From an uncultured Chloroflexia bacterium (GTDB lineage: Bacteria; Chloroflexota; Limnocylindria; Limnocylindrales; CSP1-4): a DNA stretch of 64,000 bases. Position 1 is the stretch's first letter. The number at the start of each line of letters is the position of its first letter. Under the pieces are notes generated by a model. The model searched no databases, was not told the origin of the DNA, and saw only the letters and a list, made by a program, of their open reading frames with translations. Shown in pieces: positions 53,047 through 64,000 of the stretch. The translations under genes were made by a program, and so were the position numbers. Location of the stretch: NCBI GenBank assembly GCA_963819655.1, contig CAWFXA010000002.1, positions 480,001-544,000 on the forward strand, given 5' to 3'.

Positions 53047-53591
53047 TGGCGCGCCGCAGCAGCACCGGGCGCCGCTACGCGGAAGCCGCGTTCGAAGTCG
53101 CCACGCGCGACGGGACGCTGGAACGGTGGCGCGCCGACCTCGACCTCGCGGCCGGCCTGGTCGGCGATGAGCGTGTGCTCCACGTCATGGCCAACCCGTC
53201 CATCCCCGTCGAGAAGCGGGCAGCGGCGCTCGACGAGATGGTGGGAGACCGCCTCTCGAAGCCCGTCACGAACCTCATCCAGTTGATGCTCCGCCGAGGC
53301 CGTATCGAGGACATGCGCCGCGTCGCCGCGGAATTCCGGCGTCTCGATGACGCGCAGCAAGGCATCACCCACGCCACCGCCACGTCCGCAGCCGCGCTGA
53401 CCCCGGACGAGGTCCAGGCCCTCACCGCGCGGTTGGAGCAGTCCACCGGCGGCCGCATCGCACTCGACGTCGAGGTCGACCCCAGCCTGTTGGGCGGCCT
53501 GATCGTGCGCGTCGGCGATCGCCTGATCGACGGGAGCGTCCGAGGTCGCCTCGAGCGGCTGCGGAACCAGCTCATCTCGGGCGCCCTCTAG
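53046..53591 (+). CDS. atpH: ATP synthase F1 delta
   Basis: RRYAEA, VDPSLLGG, DGSVRGRL. Confidence 0.96.
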   Translation: MARRSSTGRRYAEAAFEVATRDGTLERWRADLDLAAGLVGDERVLHVMANPSIPVEKRAAALDEMVGDRLSKPVTNLIQLMLRRGRIEDMRRVAAEFRRLDDAQQGITHATATSAAALTPDEVQALTARLEQSTGGRIALDVEVDPSLLGGLIVRVGDRLIDGSVRGRLERLRNQLISGAL

Positions 53592-53603
53592 GAGATCCGC
53601 ACC

Positions 53604-55328
<1,725 letters not shown>

Positions 55329-55349
55329 CGACGGCGTGCGGACGGCCTG

Positions 55350-55445
55350 GCGGCCCAGGGCAAGGCGGCGGCGAGCACGTGAGCGAGCGTGGCCTGAGCC
55401 ACGTGAGCGAGCGCGCGCAGCCGACAACGCCGCCATGGGCCGAGC
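55350..55445. repeat. REP-like intergenic element between atpA and atpG
   Basis: CACGTGAGCGAGCG direct repeat at 55376 and 55400 enclosed by complementary flanks GGCCCA..GGCGGCG / CGCCGCCATGGGCC. Confidence 0.5.
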
Positions 55446-55465
55446 AGGGCGGTCGCTGAAGTCCG

Positions 55466-57761
<2,296 letters not shown>

Positions 57762-57822
57762 CATCGCAACCCACCGAGGCCCGAGGTCAAGCTCCGCGGG
57801 CCCTCGGTCCGAGGTTTTCCTG

Positions 57823-58251
57823 ATGCCTCTCCAACTCGAGATCGTCACGCCCGAGCGGCTCGCCTACTCGGACACGGTCGACTCGGTCCAGCTGCCGGGG
57901 TCGGAGGGCGAGCTCGGGGTGCTGCCGCACCACGCGCCGCTGATCTCGACCCTGGGCGTCGGTGAGCTGCGGATCCGCAAGGGTGGGCAGGAGGAGTCAT
58001 TCGCCATCGTCGGCGGCTTCCTCCAGGTCCGCCCGGACAAGGTCGTCGTGCTCGCCGAGACCGCGGACATGTCGAGCGAGATCGACCTCGAGAAGGCACA
58101 GGAGGCCCGGCGCGAGGCGGAGAAGGCGCTCGAGTCCGGCTACCACGAGGGTGCCGATCTGGCCGCGGCGCGAGCCGCCCTGCAGCAGGCGCTCCTTCGG
58201 ATCCGCGTCGCAGAGCGGCGATACCGAGAAGGTCCACGGCATCGGCCGTAG
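57823..58251 (+). CDS. atpC: ATP synthase F1 epsilon
   Basis: EIVTPE, GELGVLPHHAP, GGF. Confidence 0.96.
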   Translation: MPLQLEIVTPERLAYSDTVDSVQLPGSEGELGVLPHHAPLISTLGVGELRIRKGGQEESFAIVGGFLQVRPDKVVVLAETADMSSEIDLEKAQEARREAEKALESGYHEGADLAAARAALQQALLRIRVAERRYREGPRHRP

Positions 58252-58337
58252 ATCCGTGCCGGTCATAACGGATCGCCACGCTCGAATCCTCAGGCCGATG
58301 GCTCGCCGTGGCGTCGCCTCGGCCTTCGGAGCGTTCC

Positions 58338-59684
58338 ATGGCTGATGCACGTCCCTTCCACTGGGAGTACGTGCCCGAACCCGTGACCCGGGAGGTCTTC
58401 CGGGTCGAGGGCGGGCGGCCGCTGTCTGGGTCCGTGGCCATCAGCGGCGCCAAGAACGCCGCTCTCAAGATGCTGGCTGCGGCGACCCTGACCGGCGAGC
58501 GCTGCCGGATCACGAACGTGCCCGAGATCGAGGACGTGCGGGTCATGGCCCAGACGCTCACCGAGATCGGCGTCGTGGTCGACCATCCCGAGGACAACAC
58601 CTACGAGGTCGCCGCCGGCGACGTCGAATGGCAGTTCGTGCCGCTCGAGGCCGCCGCCAAGATGCGCGCCTCGTTCATGCTCCTCGGCCCGCTGCTGGCG
58701 CGCTTCGGTCGCGTGATCATCAGCAACCCGGGAGGTGATCGGATCGGCCGCCGACCGGTCAACCTGCACGTCGAAGCGATGCGCGCACTCGGTGCCCAGA
58801 TCGAGTACCGCAACGGCTACTACTTCGCCACTGCGCCCGGTCGGCTGCGTGGCGCGGAGGTCCGCTTTCCCTTCGTGTCGGTCATGGGCACGGAGAACGC
58901 GATGCTCGCGGCGACCCTGGCCGACGGCCACACGGTGATCCGCCCCGCCGCCCAGGAACCCGAGGTCGACGACCTCATCGCGTTCCTCCAGAAGATGGGC
59001 GCGGAGATCGAGCGAACATCTCCCGACACGATCGAGATCGATGGCAAGCGGCGACTGCGCGGTGCCGACCACCGCGTCATCCCCGATCGCATCGAGGCCG
59101 GTACGTTCATCGTCGCCGGCGCCGTGACGGGTGGCCGCATCACGCTCACCGGCGCACCATGCGAGCACCTCGGGGCCTTCGTCGATGCGGTCGGGCGAGC
59201 CGGCGTGGGGGTCAGTTGCGGCACCGACACGATCGAGGTCGACGGCACGGCACTCCACGAGCCGGGCTTCCGGGCTGTCGACATCGAGACGGGGCCGTAC
59301 CCGGGCCTCGCGACGGACCTCCAGCCACCCACCTCGGTGCTGCTGACCCAGGCGCGCGGGGCGTCACGCGTCGACGAGACGATCTTCGAGGACAGGCTCG
59401 AGTGGATGTCCGAGCTGCGGCGCATGGGCGCGCAGATCGACATCGTCGACCCGCATCGAGCCGTCATCACGGGTCGCTCGCAGCTCCACGGCGCGCACGT
59501 CGAGATCGGCGATCTCAGGGCCGGTGCCTCGCTGATCCTCGCCGCGCTCGCCGCCGACGGGCCGACCGTGATTCGCGGTGCGCATCACGTTCATCGGGGC
59601 TATGAGAACATCGAGGCGAAGTTCCTGGAACTCGGGGCCAGGATCGAGCGCCTCGCAGAAGGGAACGACACCACCTCCCCATGA
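58338..59684 (+). CDS. murA: UDP-N-acetylglucosamine 1-carboxyvinyltransferase
   Basis: [43 protein letters not shown]. Confidence 0.96.
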   Translation: MADARPFHWEYVPEPVTREVFRVEGGRPLSGSVAISGAKNAALKMLAAATLTGERCRITNVPEIEDVRVMAQTLTEIGVVVDHPEDNTYEVAAGDVEWQFVPLEAAAKMRASFMLLGPLLARFGRVIISNPGGDRIGRRPVNLHVEAMRALGAQIEYRNGYYFATAPGRLRGAEVRFPFVSVMGTENAMLAATLADGHTVIRPAAQEPEVDDLIAFLQKMGAEIERTSPDTIEIDGKRRLRGADHRVIPDRIEAGTFIVAGAVTGGRITLTGAPCEHLGAFVDAVGRAGVGVSCGTDTIEVDGTALHEPGFRAVDIETGPYPGLATDLQPPTSVLLTQARGASRVDETIFEDRLEWMSELRRMGAQIDIVDPHRAVITGRSQLHGAHVEIGDLRAGASLILAALAADGPTVIRGAHHVHRGYENIEAKFLELGARIERLAEGNDTTSP

Positions 59685-60679
59685 AGATCGGCATCGACCT
59701 CGGCACGGCCAACGTGCTCGTGTACGTCAAGGGCAAGGGCATCGTCATCACCGAGCCATCGGTGGTGGCCGTGTCGGACGACAACCGCATCGTTGCCGTG
59801 GGCGAGGAGGCCCGCGAGATGATCGGACGGACGCCCGGCAACATCCAGGCCATCCGGCCCATGAAGGACGGCGTCATCGCCGACTACGTCATCACCGAGG
59901 CGATGCTCCGGTTCTTCATCGCCAAGGCGACGAAGGGGCGCATTGGATTCAGCCGGCCCGAGGTGATGATCAGCGTGCCGGCCGGGGTGACGTCGGTCGA
60001 GAAGCGCGCCGTGCGCGACGCCGCGCTCAAGGCGGGTGCCAAGGACGCCTATCTGATCGAGGAGCCGCTCGCCGCGGCGATCGGGGCGAACGTCCCGATC
60101 AGTGGACCGTCCGGGAACATGATCATCGACATCGGCGGCGGGACCAGCGAGATCGCGGTCATCTGCCTGGGCGGGATCGTCGTGTCGCACTCGTTGCGGG
60201 TCGGCGGCAACAAGTTCGACGAGGCGATCGCAACGTACATCCGCAAGAAGTACAACCTCATGATCGGCGAGCGAACGGCCGAAGAGGTCAAGATGCAGAT
60301 CGGGACCGCCCTGCCGCTCGAGCGTGAGCTCACGATGGAGGTCCGCGGCCGCGATCTCATCGCCGGTCTCCCGCGGACCATCCCGATCACCTCGTCCGAG
60401 GTCATGGAGGCCATCGAGCAGCCTCTCCAGCAGCTCGTCGCGGCAGTTCGATCCGTCCTCGAGCAGACTCCGCCCGAGCTGTCGTCGGACATCATCGACA
60501 AGGGCATGGTCATGTCGGGCGGCGGCGCACTGCTGCGGAACATCGACAAGCTGCTCACCCAGGTGACCGGGGTGCCGTGTCACGTCGCCGAGAACTCGCT
60601 CGATTGCGTCGCGCTCGGGACGGGGCTCGCCCTGGAACACTTCGACTTCTTCAAGAAGTCCCTGGTGCAGCAGATCTAG
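59681..60679 (+). CDS. mreB: rod shape-determining protein MreB/Mbl
   Basis: [36 protein letters not shown]. Confidence 0.96.
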   Translation: MKIGIDLGTANVLVYVKGKGIVITEPSVVAVSDDNRIVAVGEEAREMIGRTPGNIQAIRPMKDGVIADYVITEAMLRFFIAKATKGRIGFSRPEVMISVPAGVTSVEKRAVRDAALKAGAKDAYLIEEPLAAAIGANVPISGPSGNMIIDIGGGTSEIAVICLGGIVVSHSLRVGGNKFDEAIATYIRKKYNLMIGERTAEEVKMQIGTALPLERELTMEVRGRDLIAGLPRTIPITSSEVMEAIEQPLQQLVAAVRSVLEQTPPELSSDIIDKGMVMSGGGALLRNIDKLLTQVTGVPCHVAENSLDCVALGTGLALEHFDFFKKSLVQQI

Positions 60680-60764
60680 AGATGGTCCCGCGCGGGGAGA
60701 TCGACACCGCGCGAGCCCTCGGGCCGATGGCGTCGCGGGGCTCCGCCTCGGACCTCGGAGCGCG

Positions 60765-61484
60765 ATGGACGGCATGACCGTCGAGGGTGCCAGCACCAGA
60801 TACTTCGTCGATCTCCATTGCCATACCTCGGCGTCGTTCGATTCGCTGGCGGATCCGGTGAAGGTGGCACGTGCCGCCGCCGAGCGCGGCCTGACCCACC
60901 TCGTCATCACCGACCATGACCGCATCGACGGGGCGCTGCGCGCGCGTGACGCGGCCCCCGACGGGCTGACGGTGATCGTCGGGACGGAAGTCCGGACATC
61001 CGACGGCGACCTCATCGGGGCATTCCTCCTGCGTCCGGTCCCGCGTGACCTGCCCGCCCTCGAGACGATCGCCGCGATCCGCGACCAGGGCGGGCTCGTC
61101 GGGATCCCGCACCCGTTCGACCGGTTTCGGGGCTCGCTCATGCGCGACGCTCGCATGGCGTCTCTGGCGCCGCTCGTCGACTGGGTCGAGGTCCACAACG
61201 CGCGGCTTGTCGGCTCCGGCAACGAGCGCGCGGTGGAGTTCGCGGCCGAGCATCGCCTGCCGGGCGTGGCCGTGACGGACGCGCACACTGTCATGGAGGT
61301 CGGCGTCGCGTACACCGTCCTGTCGGGCGATCCCTCGACAGCCGCCGGGATGCTCGCGGCGTTGGCCGACGCGGAGCTCGTCAGGGGCCGCGCGACCTAC
61401 GCGGTCCGCCTCTGGACGCCGGTCGCCAAGCTCCTGCAGCGGGCCGCCGGCAACGGGCGGGGCGCACGCGGAGCGGGAGCGTGA
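60765..61484 (+). CDS. PHP domain metal-dependent phosphoesterase
   Basis: DLHCHT..S.D, ITDHD, PHPF, EVHN, DAH. Confidence 0.9.
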   Translation: MDGMTVEGASTRYFVDLHCHTSASFDSLADPVKVARAAAERGLTHLVITDHDRIDGALRARDAAPDGLTVIVGTEVRTSDGDLIGAFLLRPVPRDLPALETIAAIRDQGGLVGIPHPFDRFRGSLMRDARMASLAPLVDWVEVHNARLVGSGNERAVEFAAEHRLPGVAVTDAHTVMEVGVAYTVLSGDPSTAAGMLAALADAELVRGRATYAVRLWTPVAKLLQRAAGNGRGARGAGA

Positions 61485-62695
61485 GCGAGCCCCGGCAGGA
61501 CCATCGACCGATGGCCGGTGGGACCGACGAAACCGTAGTGTCGACGACGATGGAGGCCACGCCCGCGATCCCACCGCGCACCGCCGTGACCGGCGCGTCC
61601 GTGGGGGCGCGGCCAGCGCAGCCGGACGTCACATCGCCCGGTGGGACCGAGCCCGATGCCGAGGGCATGTCCCTGGCGCGACGCCTGCGTCAGCCGCGGA
61701 CCATCGTGTCGATCGCGGTTCCGATCGCCATCATCGCGGCGTTCGTCGGGATCAACGGCTCCCAGCTCTCGAGTGTCCCGAGTCTCATCCTCGCGGCCGA
61801 CCCGGTGCTTGTCCTGGCGGCGTTCCTGGTCTTCTACGCCGGGTTCCCGTTGCGCGGTCTGCGCTGGGCGATCCTGCTGCGCGGGACCGGCCAGAACGTC
61901 TCCACCAAGGACTCGACGGAGATCATCTTCCTGTCGTGGCTGGTCAACTGCGTCGTCCCGGCCAAGCTCGGCGACGTCTATCGCGCCTACCTCCTCAAGA
62001 TCAACAGCACCACGGCCTCGATGTCGCGGACACTCGGGACCGTGTTCATCGAGCGAGCCCTCGACGTCTTCGCCATCGCTGTCCTCGGGCTCGCCGCCGG
62101 CTACTGGAGCTTCAGGAGCGGGATGCCGCCGGCCATCCAGATCGTGTTCGGTGTCGGCGTGGTCGTGGTCGTGATTCTCGCGTTCGCCCTGCTCACGATG
62201 CGCAACTTCGGTCGGCAGATCATCGTCGCACTCCCGCTGCCGCATCAGATCCTCGAGCTGTACGACCGGTTCGAAGAGGGCGTCTTCGGAGCGCTCGTGG
62301 CGCGCCATCTGCCGAAGCTCGGCCTGTTGACCGGTCTGATCTGGATGACCGAGGGACTGCGCCTGTTCCTCGTGGTCCAGGCGCTCGGCTTCGACGATGT
62401 CTCGCTCGGGCTGTCGGGCGCGGTCTTCGTCGCCCTCATCGGTTCGCTGCTCACCGCGGTGCCCCTCAGCCCGGCCGGGCTCGGGATCGTTGAGGCCGGC
62501 GTCGTGGGTGTGCTCCACGTCGCGTATGGCGTGCCCCTCCCCGAGGCGACCGCCATCGCCCTCCTCGATCGCGTCATCAGCGTGTTCTCGATCATCGTCT
62601 TCGGCTCGATCGTCTACGCGTTCTCGTCGAAGCCGCGTGGCCTCGGGCGGATCGACAGTCCCGCTGACACATCGGCTGCGTCCACGCCGGCGTGA
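61481..62695 (+). CDS. lysylphosphatidylglycerol synthase TM-region (UPF0104, flippase-like) protein
   Basis: LRW, NCVVPAKLGDVYRA, ERALD, PAGLGIVEA, LDR. Confidence 0.88.
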   Translation: MSEPRQDHRPMAGGTDETVVSTTMEATPAIPPRTAVTGASVGARPAQPDVTSPGGTEPDAEGMSLARRLRQPRTIVSIAVPIAIIAAFVGINGSQLSSVPSLILAADPVLVLAAFLVFYAGFPLRGLRWAILLRGTGQNVSTKDSTEIIFLSWLVNCVVPAKLGDVYRAYLLKINSTTASMSRTLGTVFIERALDVFAIAVLGLAAGYWSFRSGMPPAIQIVFGVGVVVVVILAFALLTMRNFGRQIIVALPLPHQILELYDRFEEGVFGALVARHLPKLGLLTGLIWMTEGLRLFLVVQALGFDDVSLGLSGAVFVALIGSLLTAVPLSPAGLGIVEAGVVGVLHVAYGVPLPEATAIALLDRVISVFSIIVFGSIVYAFSSKPRGLGRIDSPADTSAASTPA

Positions 62696-63017
62696 CCCTG
62701 CGTCCGGTCGGCACGCCGCCGCTCGGGCTCCCGGACGGCGGTCGGCAACGTCATTCGCACCACCTTTCACGCGGCCTGCGAGGCGTGCCTGAACCAGAAG
62801 GCGTACCTTCGTACCATCCGCCGGGCGTCGGAGGACCCCATCCGACCGACGATCACCCCACCCCTCCCATCCGTTCCCGCACCGCGCCGCCGCGGAGCCG
62901 ACCGGTACCAACGGGTGATACAGGCGCGCTGCCGCCCTCCGCATCATCGTGGCATCGAGGCACCGGACGAGCGGGACTTGACCGCACGCGGCACGCCCCT
63001 AGGAGCGCCCAGGCAGC

Positions 63018-63587
63018 ATGACCACTCAGAACGGCCGAGCGTTCAACGAATGGCTTCGGGCCCAGCTCAAAGCCAAGAAGATGTCGCAGCGGCAACTGGC
63101 CCAGCAGTCGGGAGTCGATCACTCGACCATCTCCCGGTTGATCCGTGGTGACCGTATGCCGTCGCTCGGCACGGCGACCAAGCTGGCCCGCGGTCTGCGT
63201 GAGTTGCGCGACGATGCGGACACGCCGCAATACCTGGGGCTCGTCGCCGCGGGCGCGACCAATCCGACCGCCCGTGTCGAGTACGCCTTGCGCGCGGACG
63301 ACCTTTTGTCCGAGCCGCAGGTCCGTCAGATCATGGAGTACTACCTGGCGGTGCGGATGCGCCGCTTCGGTCGCGCCTTCCCGAGCGGCGGTTCCACGGG
63401 GACGGGCACGACCGGCGAGCGCAGCAACGAACGATCCGATCGCCCGATGGGCGCGTCGGTCGGTGGCCGCCCGATGTCGACCGGTCGAGTCGGTGGTCTG
63501 GGCCCGACCGGCCAGGTGGGTGTGACCGCCGTCAGCACCGTCCGATCGGTCACGCGAGGCACGGGCCGGAACCCCGGCCGCTTCTAG
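63018..63587 (+). CDS. XRE-family HTH transcriptional regulator
   Basis: MSQRQLAQQSGVDHSTISRLIRGDRMPS; AGGAG upstream. Confidence 0.88.
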   Translation: MTTQNGRAFNEWLRAQLKAKKMSQRQLAQQSGVDHSTISRLIRGDRMPSLGTATKLARGLRELRDDADTPQYLGLVAAGATNPTARVEYALRADDLLSEPQVRQIMEYYLAVRMRRFGRAFPSGGSTGTGTTGERSNERSDRPMGASVGGRPMSTGRVGGLGPTGQVGVTAVSTVRSVTRGTGRNPGRF

Positions 63588-63707
63588 AGAGAATCTCAGG
63601 GCACGACCCGGATCGCCCTCCACCGTCCGGGTCTCGGGGACAGCGAACGCCGGCGTCTGGGGCGCCGGCGTTCGCATATCCAGCGTCCCTCGGCCGTCGG
63701 CCCTCCG

Positions 63708-64000
63708 TCAGTCGACCGGCGCGTACGCCGACACCCAGCGACCCGGCGCCACCTCGAACCGGTCGAGCAGCACGCCCCAGTCCGGTCCGCCGGCATCCGG
63801 AGCCACGGCCGATTCGGCCGGACCGCCACAGTCGGCGCCGATCGCGTCGCGGAACAGCTGGTCGCACAGCAGGACGAGCCCTCCGGGACGCGTGGGCGGT
63901 GTCACGCCGCCATCGGGCGCGATGCCATCCGGTGTCTCGGCAAGCACGGCTCGACCCATGCGGACGAGGGGGTACGCGACGGCTTCGGTCGACTTGAAGT
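63708..64000 (-). CDS. C-terminal part of a protein running off the window edge, function not determinable
   Basis: Open frame FKSTEAVAYPLVRMG...LVLLCDQLF...CGGPAE...AYAPVD* with GC-rich third positions. Confidence 0.6.
   Translation of the reverse strand, partial: FKSTEAVAYPLVRMGRAVLAETPDGIAPDGGVTPPTRPGGLVLLCDQLFRDAIGADCGGPAESAVAPDAGGPDWGVLLDRFEVAPGRWVSAYAPVD

Noticed and set aside
57773-57810. Hairpin between atpD and atpC as a terminator
   Set aside because: Bulged stem within an operon without an adjacent U-tract; at most a stability element

Overview
High-GC (about 70% by eye) bacterial chromosomal segment. Gene order and protein features suggest Chloroflexota, probably Limnocylindria/Ellin6529-like (inference, no rRNA in the window). 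Left arm (2-21.7 kb) is entirely minus strand: smpB, S41 protease, ftsEX, GNAT, prfB with programmed frameshift, secA, prs, gyrA/gyrB, parAB; a divergent urease-like enzyme sits at the left edge on the plus strand. A parS palindrome lies at the strand switch (21.84 kb). Right arm is mostly plus strand: mreD-mrdA-rodA, a ~9 kb accessory islet (28.6-37.8 kb) that appears to split a cation-transporter gene, then rplU-rpmA-rpmE-DUF1385-prfA-glucosidase-prmC-HAD-tsaC, glyA, a MraY/WecA-like gene, the F1Fo atp operon, murA, mreB, PHP, flippase-like and XRE genes. Best candidates for undescribed biology: (1) a complete mini-gene (promoter, 12-nt Shine-Dalgarno, 16-aa ORF, hairpin) upstream of smpB; (2) a Cys-rich MerR regulator with two matching operator boxes controlling a DUF2652 cyclase-like/SRPBCC/VOC operon; (3) an 8-Cys microprotein abutting prfB; (4) the urease-like enzyme with a remodelled substrate pocket; (5) a tandem pair of palindromic elements upstream of secA. 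Family names come from motif recognition by eye, not database searches.
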